DNA of 64,000 nucleotides from Camelus dromedarius (Eukaryota): assembly GCF_036321535.1 (NCBI RefSeq), contig NC_087447.1, positions 35,590,001 through 35,654,000 of the forward strand, written 5' to 3'. The notes beneath the pieces were generated by a model, which saw nothing but the letters and a program-made list of their open reading frames with translations, did no database searches and was not told where the DNA came from. Below, piece after piece: positions 28,300 through 40,969 of this stretch. Within the stretch, counting starts at the first letter, position 1; every line of letters begins with the position of its first letter. Both the position numbers and the translations under genes were made by a program.

Positions 28300-28695
28300 G
28301 CTTTTTTAAATATATGAACACACAACAAAGAAAATCTCAATTGCCCTCCTCCCATTTCTCCCTCTCTTCCTCAGAGACTGTATGTTCTCAGTTTGGGATG
28401 TATTCTTCAGGATCTGTACATACAGAAATATATAGGGGCCTTACATAAATTGAATCATACTCTCTCTATATTGTTCTGCAACCTATTTTCTCTTAAAAAT
28501 GTCTGAGATCTCTTCCCATGTCAGGCCATAAGCGTTAGCTCATCATTTTTAACAGCTGTATATTATTCAATAGTAGAGTCAAACTGTAGTTTCTTTAAAC
28601 ACTCCTCTGTTGATGGGTACTTGGGGTTCCCCCCAATCCTCTGCGATGACAAATAATGCTACAATAAACACCGTTGTGTGAGCCTCCTTGTGTAC
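28300..28695 (-). mobile_element. Old L1ME-like fragment
   Basis: ttgttctgcaac, catcatttttaacagctg, ctgttgatggg, caaataatgctacaataaaca motifs. Confidence 0.6.
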
Positions 28696-30124
28696 CCCTG
28701 TCTTCGGCCCCTGTCATCCTTGTTCCCCGTGGCTGTCTTCCCTAGTGGCCTGGGAGTCCCAGGGCAGAAACTGAATTCTGCTCGTCTAGGTCTTGTGTCC
28801 AGCACAGTGTCCACATGATGAAGTAAACAGGCTCATCTGGGCAAAATCATGACTGTGTCAAAGGCCTGGGTGAACTCAGGGAACAGCAGCAAGCCTGTGG
28901 GGCCAGAACAGGGGAAAGAGAGGTAACAAGAGGGACAGACTGTGGAGGCCTTACGACTCAGCTAAGAGGCCCGTCATAGGTGGTGGGGAGACAGAAAATT
29001 GTCCACGGGAGGACCTGGTCCCCGCTGTGATTCAGCCTGATTTCCCCCACCCAGGCCTGCTGCCTCTGCAGAGACTAGTTATTGTAATTGTCCAAGCAAG
29101 CGAAGGGAAGGACCTGGTCCTCTTCTTTCTGTCCAGAGGTTGCCACCTAGACCCAAAACACTTCAGGAGGCCTGAATTCCTTGCTCACAGCAGGACCTAA
29201 GGACCGTCCCACCAATTACTGCCCAGAGGGTGGGATGCCCATAAACTTGTGTGGCTGGACCCCCAGAAGTTTCTCCCAAATTTGCCTGGCTCCAGGGCCA
29301 GCTCCATCCACACTGACATTTACCACCTTCCCAAATCCAGAGCCTTCCTCTCCGAGAGGCGTACAAACCTTGCCCCTCCTCTCTCTCTCTTCCCAGTGCT
29401 GCAGAAGAGCAGCCCTGCCTGCTGCCCTAGTCCTTATGAGGCCTCTGACAGGCAGGAGGCAAGGTGAACCATTGGCTGCCTGGCTTTTGGCACCATCCCT
29501 CCCTCCTCTCCCCACCCCCACCAGATGCGGATGGGAGGGGGCAGGGCCCTCTGCAGCTGACTCAGCCTCAGCCCAGCGCTCATGAGGGCTGGGAATGTTT
29601 CTGCTCCTCTACACAAGCTACAGCTCTTCTCTTCTGTCACTGAGCTTGTCCCTACACAGGTGGGCCATGACTCTGTAACTTTCCTTAATTACCTGGGGAG
29701 CAGAGGTTTTGCTAGAGAGGGCGGTATATTAACAGAAGAGGTTCTGGGGTCCTGCTGCCTGGGTTTGAATTCAGCTCTGCTGCTTACTGGCTGTGTTACC
29801 TTGCACAGTTCATACCACCTCTCTGGTGTGTTAGATTGTACCTCACAGGCTTCTTGTGGGGATTCAGTGAATTCATATGTATAAAGTGCTTATCACCAGG
29901 CCTGGCATACATGAAGTATTCTGTGATTTTATTGCCATTTTGGAGCTAGTGAAGGAACCCAAGACTCAGGAGTCTTGAATTCTAGTCCTGACTAGAATGG
30001 CCACGTGACCATGGCCAAGTTATTTTAACCCCCTGAGCCTAGTTACCTTATCTGTAAAATGGAGGTAGTACACCTCAGAAGATTGCTGTGGGAATTAAGG
30101 TAACATTTACATGAAACTGAAAAG

Positions 30125-30365
30125 CACCATCCCTAGGTTGTAGCCCTCATTTTCATGGTCAGAGATGGCAGCTAGAGCTCCAGCCATCACATCCACGTTC
30201 CCAGTGACAGGACAGAGGAAGGGACAAAGAAGAAGGAGCAAAGGGCACATGCCATCTGTCTTTGAAGGAAGGGTCCTGTAAGCTGCTGCAGAACATTTCA
30301 GCTTGCATCTCATCGGCCATGCCTAGCTGTAAGAGAGGTTGGGACATGTAGTCTTCATTCTGTGG
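30125..30365 (-). mobile_element. MLT1J-like LTR fragment
   Basis: agatggcagctagagctccagccatcacatccacgttcc...cctagctgtaagagagg.tgggacatgtagtctt. Confidence 0.7.
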
Positions 30366-31124
30366 CTCAGGGACAACCAAGAGGCTCTGTCACACGTGCT
30401 CGGGCATTTGCCCCTCCTAGGCAAGACCCTTCAGCAGAAATGCCACCCCCTTCCTATCATCGGGCTGCAGTCCCAGCACCATAAGGCCCTGGGAGGACCC
30501 AGGTTGCCAAGACGCTCAGGCAGGTGCCACAAGACCCGAACAGATTTGAGTAGTGTCTAGCCTGTGCCAGGGACCCTACCAGTCCCGAGGCTCCGCTGCC
30601 TGCAGGGCCTTTAGGCTGACGCAAGTGTGGGGGCCATAAGCTTCGTCACTTGTCACAGCCTGTATCAACTCCACCAGCCCCGCGAGTAGGGCCTGAACTC
30701 TTAGGAGGCTTGGGAATCCTGTAACTGGGAGCTCTCCACCCCAGGCTCAGCCGTGTGCCCCTAGGCCATTAAAGCAGATCTGGATCAATCAGGTGGGATT
30801 TCAGTGTCCTCCAGAACCTGGTGAGTGCCAGGCACACGGCAGAGAGTCCTCTGTAATGCCAGGAATCATCCTGCACTTACCTGTTTGGAAAACTGGGTGT
30901 CCCGTGTTCCAGTTAGCTCAGGGAGAAGCTTTTCACGGGCCGTCCCCCTTCTTCTCACCTCTACAGCCATCATAGACCCCATCTTTCACTTTCTGAGTTC
31001 AGCAGCCTGGGTTTTTTCTATAGGAAGTTTGTTTAGAGTGTTCAGGAACCCCTGACTTCTTTTCATTCCACCCTCAGCTTTCTCATCTGCTGGGAAGATT
31101 TGCCAGCAGCATGGCCTTCCTTGC

Positions 31125-31295
31125 CCACCTATGGGCCAGATCTTACGCATGGCCTGTTTCCTGCAGCCTTGCAAGCTAAGAATGATTTTTAGAAGTTTAT
31201 AATAAAAAATAAGAGTATGTAGCAGAGACCAAAAGCGACCATCAAACCTAAAATATTTACTGTCTGTGTTTATAGAATAAATTTGGCAAGCCCTG
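31125..31295 (+). mobile_element. MER58-like hAT DNA transposon fragment
   Basis: agctaagaatgattttta...gcagagacc...cctaaaatatttact...aatttggcaagccctg. Confidence 0.65.
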
Positions 31296-32323
31296 GTGTA
31301 TAATATGCAGGGTTTAGTGCAGATTCTGGAGCCACACTGCTAGTTTCATCGTCTATGAAATGACAGTAGTCTTAAAACATGGCTGCCTCTCAGGGTGGTT
31401 GGAATTAAATGAGATAAAGACTCTAAAGCACCTAACTTCAAGTCAGCATCTTTGGAAGTATCGGGGGAAGCTATTTCTGAGCCTTTGCCAGGCTTCTCGA
31501 CCCAGTGGGCATGAGAGGCCTGGCACAGGGCCTCTGGCTACCCCCGCCCCGAGTGTGGCTTCCTCAGAGCGTGTTTCCTATGGCAGGAGGAGAGGGCCCT
31601 GCCAGCTGCCTGTTGTGCCGCATCCCGCTGGTAGGTCAGCGCTGCCTTCCTCCCACCCCAATTCCTGCTGACCGTCAGCTGGTGCCGCTCACCAGGGCCG
31701 GGCGCAAAGCCCACGCCAGGTGCCGAGCCAGGCCCGCAGGTACCCGGCCGGTTCCACTCTCCACCTCGAGCCTCAGACCAGCCTGGCTGAAGCTCCAGCT
31801 TGACTGCAGGACCTGCGGCCCGGGCATCATCCTCTCTGTGTGCATTTCCTCACTCGTGGGCCAAACAGGCAGACATCTGTGTTTCCCCAACCCAAGCTTT
31901 TGGCTAATGGTTGCCTCCCTACTAGGGAAAAGGAAAGGGAAGGGTAATCCCAGGCCAGCTAGCCTCCCTCTGTGCACGAGTGGTCTGCAAAACAGACTTG
32001 CAGGAGATAATGAGTGAAATGTAAAAATTTTACAAACCTCTCAGAGCATTGAAAAAAAGTCAGAAAGAATGTTTTCTGCTCTGGATAGGGAAAGGCTTTC
32101 AGTTCTCACAGGCAATGGGGGAAATAAGACAAAAGATCAAGACATTTCAGTACACAGAATCATAAAACTTATGTTTTACATCAAAAGACCCAAAACAAAA
32201 TTTTAAATCAAACTGAGAAAAAATATTTATGCCAGATATGGCAGAGAACTAATATTCTTAAAGTAAACAATCTTTAAAACAAGGCTCTTGAGAACAACAA
32301 CAAAAGCAAATGTTTACATAGTA

Positions 32324-32591
32324 CAGCAGTGCCCTCTTATCCGCGGTTTCCCTTTCTGTGGTTCAGTTACCCGCTGTCAACTGCAGTTCGACAATATTGA
32401 ATGGAAAATTCCAGGAATAAACAATTAATCAGTTTTAAGTAAATCAGCCCTTCTTCCAGGCTATCCATGCTACATGCCCATTAGTGCAGGAAAAAACAGT
32501 ATATGTAAGGTTTGGTACTTTCAGTGGTGTCAGGCATCCATTGGAGGTCTTAGAAAGTGTCCCTTGCGTGTAAGTGTTGACTACTATACTG
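32324..32591 (-). mobile_element. MER44/Tigger7-like TcMar DNA transposon
   Basis: ta|cagcagtgccctcttatccgcggttt terminus; caggcatccattggaggtcttagaa...gactacta at the other end; TA flanks. Confidence 0.72.
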
Positions 32592-32594
32592 TAT

Positions 32595-32800
32595 GTTTTA
32601 TACCTACTTACTCATTTAATCCTTGTAAATGAGTAAGTATGTATAAACTATACAATAAAGGTATTATTATCCCCATTTAACAAATGAGGGAACTGAGACA
32701 CAGAGAGGCTAAGTAACTTTCCCAGGGTCACTCAGCTTATAAATGGAGGAGCTAGGATTTAAACCCAGGCCATCTGTCTCTTGAGTCTGAGCATCTAAAC
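32595..32800 (-). mobile_element. MIR SINE carrying an inverted duplication
   Basis: ttatccccattt...atgagggaactgagacacagagaggctaagtaactttcccagggtcac.cagct. Confidence 0.85.
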
Positions 32801-34794
32801 TCTTCTGTACTAAACAGGAAAAAGATATAAAGCAGACAATACACAAAAGAGGAAATATAAATACCTGAGAAAATTAAGAATTATTTTTCAGTGTCATTGG
32901 TAATCAGAAAAGTGTAAGTAAAAATGATGAGATACCATTTTTGTCTTCAATTAGAAAAGTTTTTTTTTAGAAAATATTTTTAAATATTAGAATAACTAAT
33001 AAATGCTGGCAATGCTGGAATGAGACGAAGACTCCCACAGATTGCTGTAGTTATATTCAAGTGGCCTTTCTGAAAGTTATTCTGGCAGTGCTCAAAACAT
33101 TACTCAGGAATCTCAAAAATGTCCGTACATTTGACCAGGAATTCCCATTCTAAGAATCTAATTTATGAAAATAATTAGAGATCTAGACAAAGCTTCATGC
33201 ACAAAGATGTTCGTAGAAATGTTATACAAAATAATGAAAAGTAGAAGCCACCTATGTATCTGATCATAGGATGCAGGTTAAAGAAACTGTTCAATCTCCA
33301 GCATGGGTCATTAGGCAGTCATTCTAAATAAATCCGTGTAACAAAAGACACCAGAAACAAAGTGAAGAGACACTGCAGACTTCTGGGAGAAGACACGTGC
33401 AATGCTGTAACAAAAAATTATGTAAACAAAAGAATACACAAAGAACACTTACAAATCAGAAAAAGGCAAACAACCAAAGAACAAAACAGGCCAAGAATGT
33501 AAACATGCAATTTGTAGAAGCAGCAACTTAGGGCTAGTAACATAAAGTGATGCTCCATCTCACTAGTAGTCAAGAAAAGGCAAATTAATTACAGGTACTT
33601 AATCAAAGTAGCAAGAGTCTAAAGGGAAAGGTAGAGGGAGACAAATTCATATCCATTGCTGAGGGGACTGTAAGTGATGGGACTGCAGCCACTGTGGAGA
33701 GCGGTTTGACCACACCTAGTAAATGTAAACTTGTGATTCCATTACACTCAGACTTCTAGGGAATCAACCTGCACAAATGCCAGTTTGTACAAGAAGTGTT
33801 CCAGGATATTCACTGCAGTGCTATTTATAGCAGCAACAATATTAATAGTATTGTTACATAATATTATGGTATATCATATTGTAATAAAATAGCAACAATT
33901 ATCATCATTAAAGAGCTGACCATCAGAAGGGAAACAGATGAGTAAAATCTCATTTATGCATAATAGGATACTATGCACAGTTAAAATAAATGAACTAAAT
34001 CTGTGACAGCTTGGCTAACTTTCAAAAACGATGGTATAAAGAGCTAGTCACAAAAAAGATACATATTTGAATGACACTGCTTATGTGAATCTTTGAAACA
34101 AATTAAAAATATTCTGTAGTATTTAAGGACACATCTAAAACAAGCTTGCAAATAATGCACACCAACTTCAAATAGTGGTTCCTTCCAGGAAGGAGGGAAT
34201 GCATGGAGGGCCAAGGATGGGAAGTGGGTGTCTTTATGATTGATTTTTTTTTTTTAGGTTGAAGCAAATAACTAACGGTTTAAATCTGGATGGGGATATG
34301 TGTCTTTCTGTTAAATTATTTTTTGTACTTTTCTGCATACTGAGCTATTTCAAAATTTCAAACAAATTATTTTTAACTTACTTCTTGAACAATTCATACT
34401 TCTATGGAGAAAGGCTTGTGAAATAATATTAAGACATCAAAGCAAGACAATATGTACACAAATATTTACAAGTTTCACAAATTAAAGGTTTGAAAGAAAT
34501 ATCTAAAATATCCATATCAGTGGGCAAGATTCTGGAAGCCTACTTTTCTTTACACCCATTCACATTTTTCATTTTTTTCCTTTTTTGCCACGAAGAGGTG
34601 TTACTTTTATATCAAAAAAAAATTTTTTTTAAACAACCACAGAAAAATGTGAGTTTAATTAGGCCCCAGAAAAGGGTCTAAACCCCAGCAAGAGGTGCTG
34701 TGATGGGGTGAGAGCATCACGGACTGTCAGAGAGACCTGTGCTCGAATGCTGGTTGGAGACTGGCTGTGTGACTCTGAGTTCTTCAGTCTTTGC

Positions 34795-35480
34795 TCTAGT
34801 CAGCAAACCTTACTGAGCACCAGCAGTGTGGCAGGCACCGGGCTAGAGATGCGGCAGTGAACAGAACACACACATCCCTTCCCTCACTGTAGGGCAGACC
34901 ATCTAGCGAGGAGGGGACGGCAAACACATCACCACCCAGACAGTCTGTCCGCCGCCCATGGGGAAAGTACAAAGGCAATGACAAGAATCCAGGTTGACTG
35001 GGAGCCGGGGGATCTGGCCTCTGAGCATCATTTAAACAGAATCTGAAGAATGAGGAGGTGTGGAGCCAGGTAAAGCCAGGACAAGGAGAGAAAGGCCAGC
35101 CCCACAGGGCATATTTAAGGAACTGAAAGAAGGCAGGGTTCTGAAATGCAGTGGGGCATGGTGAGGGTTGTGCAAGGGGAGCCCAGCAGGATAGTCTGGA
35201 GCCAGATCTCTCAGGGCCTCAAAGGCCAAGGAAAGGCCTCTAGGGGCGGTGGAGCGTCACTGAAGGGTTGAAGCAAGGGAGTGACCTGGTAGATTTGCAA
35301 TTGTCAGGGATTATCTTGATGCTGTTTGATGATCAGAGTGGACAGTGAGCAGCCCAGTTAGTCAGTTGGCTACTGGCGTGGCCAAGCTGAGAGAAAATGG
35401 AGTTGGGATCAGGGTGACAGGGTGATGGAGAGGTGTGGTAGGATTTGAGAGATTTTCGGGGGGCAGAACTGACAGGTCTA
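34795..35480 (-). mobile_element. L2 LINE fragment
   Basis: cagcaaac.ttactgagcacc...gcagtgaacaga...ggagccagatc...cactgaagggttgaagcaagggagtgac. Confidence 0.7.
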
Positions 35481-35484
35481 GGAT

Positions 35485-35508
35485 TGTGTGTGTGTGTGTG
35501 TGTGTGTG
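35485..35508. repeat. (TG)12 microsatellite
   Basis: Perfect run ~270 nt upstream of the SERGEF terminal acceptor. Confidence 0.95.
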
Positions 35509-35776
35509 ACAGAGAGACATGGGGAGTATTGGGGGTGACAGTCAGGGAAGGGCCAGGGGCAAAGCCAGGCTCGTGGCAGGAACAGCTGTGGGTCTGTGGG
35601 AGTGAACAAGAGAAGACTCGGGTCGGGGGAAAGGAGGAAGCATGGGTGGTAAGCGGGCCCCCATGTGTGGCTGAGCTTTGGTTTCTTTATGTGTAAACTG
35701 GGGTTTCTGATAATCTGCGCCCCCAGGGAGAGCATTTCAGCCCTGTCATGCAGAACCTCTCCTCTTTCCTTCACAG

Positions 35777-36120
35777 GTGGGGTGTGTCACTCTTGGGGCT
35801 GGAATGAGCACGGCATGTGCGGGGACGGCACCGAAGCCAATGTCTGGGCCCCGCAGCCCATGCAGGCTCTGCGATCATTGTCCGGACTCCGCGTGGGCTG
35901 TGGGGCTGGCCACTCCCTGGCCCTCTGCCAGCCGCCAGCCCTCCCTGTCCTGGGCCAGCGCCCCATGGTCACTGATCCTTCCCTGGATGCCACCAAGGAA
36001 GCCAGTTCTCAAGAAGCCATGGACAAAGAGAGAAACCAGAAGGAAAGACACCCAGAAACTTCTGCTCAAAGCCAATCTAACAGGTTCAGAAATGGGGGGC
36101 TTGTGACAGAGACCCTTTAA
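35777..36120 (+). CDS. SERGEF: SERGEF (DelGEF) terminal coding exon: last RCC1 repeat plus C-terminal tail
   Basis: Acceptor cctctttccttcacag|GT at 35761-35776 (phase 1). Translation GVCHSWGWNEHGMCGDGTEANVWAP...VGCGAGHSLALCQ is an RCC1-type repeat matching my recollection of the SERGEF C-terminus. TAA at 36118-36120. Tail-to-tail arrangement with KCNC1 fits known mammalian synteny. Confidence 0.95.
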
Positions 36121-36124
36121 TAAA
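36119..36124 (+). terminator. SERGEF: SERGEF polyadenylation signal AATAAA overlapping the stop codon
   Basis: ccttTAATAAAgc; GT-rich sequence follows at ~36143-36172. Confidence 0.75.
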
Positions 36125-38661
36125 GCGCCTTTACCCACCGAAGTGTTCCCAGAGAAGTGCTTTGTCAGGTTGCAGGGCTGGCCTGAGAAGGGCTCAGGAG
36201 GCCCCATGGCTGAGCTGACCAGACTGGTTCAATGCGGAGCATCTGGGCTCAAGGAGGCACACATCCTTTCTGCCCAGCACAGGAGAATGAGGGTGAAGTC
36301 CTCGCCAAAGGACAGGGGAGGTGGCAGGAAGGCAGCAGCCTGTCTCTATCTGGTAGGGACAGGAAGCCCAGCTCTACCCACAATGGTTGTTCGGTCCAGC
36401 AGCCTTCAATTCAGCAAGACAGAGGGTTCCTGGGCCATGTTCAGGGCAGAAGACAAGACTTCTGGAAAGACCAGGCACAGGAGAGCCCTGGGACAGACAA
36501 GGGAATCTAGAACCAATGAAACTCAGAGAAAAGTGACATCTTCATCCGAGCCTCTGAGCCAGGCAGGGCTCTGGAGCTAGTCTGTGTGACTATAATTGCC
36601 AGGCTGTGTAGTTCCAGGTGAGGGACAGGCACAGCGTGGGAAGGGGGCTCTACAGGGAAAGCGGCATCAAGACCCTAACCCTAACACCGCCCCCAGGCCC
36701 TGGCCTCTACAGGAGGAGAGGCCCCAGGTGAAAATGGGGACCAGACCAGACCCCGAGCCTCAGGTCTTCCCCGGTCACAGCTAAGGCTCTGGGGGACATA
36801 GCACCTTTCTCTCCACTGTGACTGGCAGCAGGCTTTTGGCCAGAGGGCATCAAAAAGTGGCTTTCCCTGGGGGACTGTGTGGCAGTGTCACCAACTAGCC
36901 AGCCAAGTCTGTGGCCCGTCCCACACCGCTTCTCCTCTGACTCAGGAGAGAGTTTGGGTCTGAGAACTAGGCTCCAGTGGCTTTAGGACATTACAAAACC
37001 CCAGGACATCACAGCTGGAGGACCTGTGGTGATCTTCAGACTGCACTCGTCAGAGCCCTAGAAGTGTCCTGAAACTCAGTGGCCACCTTGTGGGCTGTGG
37101 GTAAAGGAAGGCCAAGTGGAGAGATCTCTGGGTCCTCACCCTCTGCCTTATTCACAGCAGTTTCATTTTAGTCTATATTATTTATTGGGCTTCACATAAG
37201 AGTTCACTTGACAAGGGGTCCTTGAGAAAGTTTTAAAACCATTGATTTGATGCAACATTTCCATTGTTCATGTCAGAAAACAGAGGCCTAAGAAGGGAAA
37301 GGAGCATCTCTAGGTCACACACCTCACTCCTGGCCCAAGGCGCTGTTTAAGAAGTGACCCATCAAGGGCCTCAAGCCAGACCAGATTGGGGTGGGGGCAG
37401 ACAAGGGGTAGCCCTGGGACCAGGAGGGGGTTCAGCTCAGGAGAGTGGGGATGAGGACAATCCTGAGTTCCCCAGACCTGCACCCAGAGACCACCCACGG
37501 CCCTCGGCTGACCCTGAACACCAGTACATGGAGCCCTGCTCCCAATGTTGTTCTCTAGAAACGTCAGTGTCCTGGCTAGCAAAGTTCTGGTCGCCCATCT
37601 CCCGGAACCAGTAGAGGCCAGTACAGCCTCTAAGCACTTCTGGAATGGAAGGAAGGACGTCTCTGTGCACTCTGAGCTGGTCTTGCCAAGGTGAAAAAGC
37701 CTTCAGAGATGCAGCGATTGGATGGCCCAGAGATGACCCAGACTGGAGCCAGTCTGCCATTAATGGCTGCCACCCACTGTCCTACAGGCTGAGTGGTCTG
37801 CATCAGACTCATGGGTGGGAAAGCAGCCCCATACGGATTAGTACTCGGGCCTGTACCTCCTAGACAGGTTTTTTACCCCTGAGGAACCAGCACACTCTCT
37901 CTCACAGCATGGCGGTGTGGAGTTCCCCTACCTCTTTCAGCACCTGCTGGAAGAAACCCAAATCCCAAGTCCTCTGCTGCTAAGCCCTAATGCCCCTCCC
38001 AAGGCCTCCTACTGGGTGCAAGAAGGTGTCTTGGGGCTCCTTCCCAGCCTGAAACAGAGTCAGGTGGTGCATCAGCCCTAAGCCTCAGACCCTTGCTCAG
38101 AACCTGAGTCAGACCCTTCTTAGAAGCACACAGAGCCCAGATAATTCACTCATGGAAGCACAGGTGGCTCTTGGCACTAGATGACACCACAGACCTTCTT
38201 GTCCCCTCCAGTTCCCTCGGTTCTCCCTTCCTGACAGCTGCAGACAGGCTTCCCTGAGTCAGTCCCCTGGCCGATCTGATGAGTGCCTGAACGCACCAGG
38301 GGAGTTAGGGGCTATTGACAACATCTCCTAGATATCTTTCCGGACCCTGTGAACCCTATTGGTCTCTCAGAATGTAGATGTGCAAGCCCCTCTTTCCTAC
38401 TAGAGCCTGAGCTCTTTAAGAGCAAGGAACCAGGTCTCGGTCGATTCTGGAAACTTCTCACCAAAGACAAATCCTGGGACAGAGGAAGTGCCCAGCAAGT
38501 GTCCATGAATGAGCTGGTCCCACCATGGGGTGGGGAGGCTGAGTGGGCTCTCTGATCCCCTCACCCCAACCCAGCCTCTGCTTTTAGCTCTTACAAATAT
38601 TTGATAACGAAGCTGTGGATATCATAACCATCTGACAGTCAATTAATGTCAGTACCATCCA

Positions 38662-38748
38662 GGAGGGTGGATATAGCTCAGTGGTAGAGTGCATACTTAG
38701 CATGGACAAGGTCCTGGGTTCAATCCCCAGTACCTCCACTAAGAAAAA
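38662..38748 (+). mobile_element. tRNA-derived SINE (camelid Vic-1-like)
   Basis: A-box TAGCTCAGTGG at 38674-38684, B-box GGTTCAATCCC at 38717-38727, short A tail. Target-site duplication aatgtcagtaccatcca (38645-38661) vs aaagtcaacaccatcca (38746-38762), 14/17 identical. Confidence 0.8.
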
Positions 38749-38830
38749 GTCAACACCATCCACCTGGTTTGCTCATGAGCCATACACAGGAGCCAGCTTG
38801 AGAAAATGCCCACTCATTTTAAGAATGACA

Positions 38831-38870
38831 TTTTTTCTAATAGACTAACTTTTTTTCTAATAGACTAACT
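38831..38870. repeat. Exact 20-bp tandem duplication
   Basis: ttttttctaatagactaact occurs twice head to tail. Confidence 0.95.
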
Positions 38871-40969
38871 TGACTGGCCTTCATATTCCTCCTGGATAAG
38901 AAGGAGGAAAGGAAAAAGAGGAGGGGAGTGAGACCCCGTCATGTGCTCCCAGGTCTTGGGCCCCAGCCCCTAGAGCTTTGAAGGGCGGCAACGTACCAGG
39001 TGTTGGTGGGATGTTTACGTCCTAATCTACCACATACATCTTGCCTTGACGCCCCACCAGCTTTGGGTCCCAGTGGGCCATCGGGCCAAAATTAGATGAG
39101 GCTGTGCATGAGAATGGTGGATCCAAGCCTAGGGCTCAAAGTAAAGCCCTACACTAGCATCCACCACTTCTGAGTGAAAGGACTTAGTGATAAATTGACA
39201 TTGAGAGTTAGGGAGCAAGTCGGGAAATACGATGGGGGTTCCAGGTCATAAGGGGCACAAGTGAAACTGTGGTAGGGTTGGAATTTCCGAGCAACTGGAG
39301 CACAGAGCGGTGAGAGTTTGGAGAGGAGAGGCTGGCGGGCCTTGCTAGCTACTATAAGGAGCTTCGACTTCATTCTGAGGGCAACAGGTGTTTAAGCAGA
39401 AAAGTGAGGTGGTCAGATGTATGTGTGGAAGGCTCAGAGCAGCATGTAAATGACTCTTCTGTCATTCCCGTGGCCTGAGGGCCCTGGGATTCAGGACCAG
39501 AAACTCTAGAATTCCAGTCAATTCCACCTCCAGCCCCAGGAAGGCCTCAATTAGCTTGAGCTTAACCTGAGCTCTGGAATCAGACCACCTGGGATAAAAT
39601 CTCGTTTTCATCCTCCATTGGCTGTGTGGCTTTGAGCTAGTTACTTTATCTCTCTGCGCCCATTCTCTTGACTCTAAAATGGGCATGTTGACTTATTGTG
39701 GGCCATTATCAGACAAATTTTCTCAGATGCCCTGCACATGGCAGATGCTCAGTGTACGTTAATCCCCGTTCTCCGTTAGCTACTGTGTCCCTGAAAACCC
39801 CTATTCCAAACGGCCTTGTATTGAGTCCCCCTTGAGTCCACCAGAAGCATTTCTTCCAGGGTGGGCCCCAGACGGAGGGACCTCTACCCTCCCTGCAGCA
39901 CCGTAGGCTGCTTGGCTTCTACATGCCGATACTTATGAGTGGCTGTTACGTGCACGGTGTGGCTCTGGCAACTCTTTGGCTGCATAACCCCTGGGCAGAG
40001 GTCTTGCTATACTTACTGCTCCACTGATCATCCCTCCCCCCCCCCCCAGCCTGCATTGGTTCCTGGATCACACAGAGCACTGGGAGCTTGAAATTAAAGC
40101 TTAGAGGGGATGAGAAACATTAGATGAGAATTCTGCACCCACCTTCAGCCTCCCACCCACCCATCTGATCTTGGACTTGGCCATGTTGGGAAGCATCAAG
40201 GGAACAGAAATCCAGGGGAAACAGACACCACTTGTTTATGACTCTGGTTGGGTTACTCCCCTCTGGGCCTCAGTTCCTCATCTGTGAAATGCTCAGAGGT
40301 TGACGACCATGAATGTTAGGGACTTTCCCACCTGAACATTCCTGGATTCTCTAATTGGTAGGAAAAGAATTGGAACCCCAATCCCCCACTCTACCCCTGA
40401 GCAAAAGTAACCAACTCAAGCAAATCAAGATCCCTAGGAGACGGCTCCAGCCCTTCCAAGATGCCTCCAGGCTGAGTGAGGGGTATGTGATGAGGTGGTC
40501 CCCCAGACTGGGCCCAGCAGGGGCACAGCTGGGTAGGACCCCCAGACCTGTCAGATCCTTGCCTCTGGCTCCATCAGATTCAAGAATGGCCCTAGGAGGG
40601 AGGTGACCATGGTCTGCATGGGGGAGCTGTGAGTTCCAACATAGCCAGATTCAAGGATTCATGAATACGGATGATTCACGGAGAAGTTCCCGTGTTGGTG
40701 AACCCCCTTAGAAGATGGGCCGTCTCAGGTCTGGGCCTTTTTTGCCCAATTCCTTCTGAGAGCTACCTCCCTCCCTACACCCAACAGAATCTTCAGAGCA
40801 AGGGTCCTGGCTTTCCCCCAGTGAGAGGATAGCCAGCATCTTGGGTAAGTCCCTGAGACCAGAGGAGCCAGGGCTAAGACTGATCCCAGCCCAGGCACAG
40901 AGAGCCTGACCTGGGGCCCAGAGCCAAATTGTGACACTGCCGGAGGCAATAAAAACCCAAATCCATGCT

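Larger units (their letters stand above)
32030..34370 (+). mobile_element. Degraded L1ME-type LINE fragments (ORF2 end and 3'UTR), interrupted by MER44 and MIR
   Basis: AT-rich, A-biased block with atgagataccattt, tttgaccaggaattcccattctaagaatcta, gcacaaagatgttc. The ORF2-end-like segment appears twice (~32800-33330 and ~33340-34100). Confidence 0.7.

Noticed and set aside
35665..35776. N-terminal part of the 151-aa ORF
   Set aside because: Intronic sequence upstream of the SERGEF acceptor at 35776.
1..35776. Additional SERGEF coding exons or an embedded gene in the long intron
   Set aside because: No ORF shows RCC1 or any other recognisable domain. Very small or non-coding exons cannot be excluded by eye.
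38662..38740. Possible tRNA gene
   Set aside because: Acceptor and anticodon stems pair poorly, and it has an A tail and a target-site duplication, so it is a SINE.
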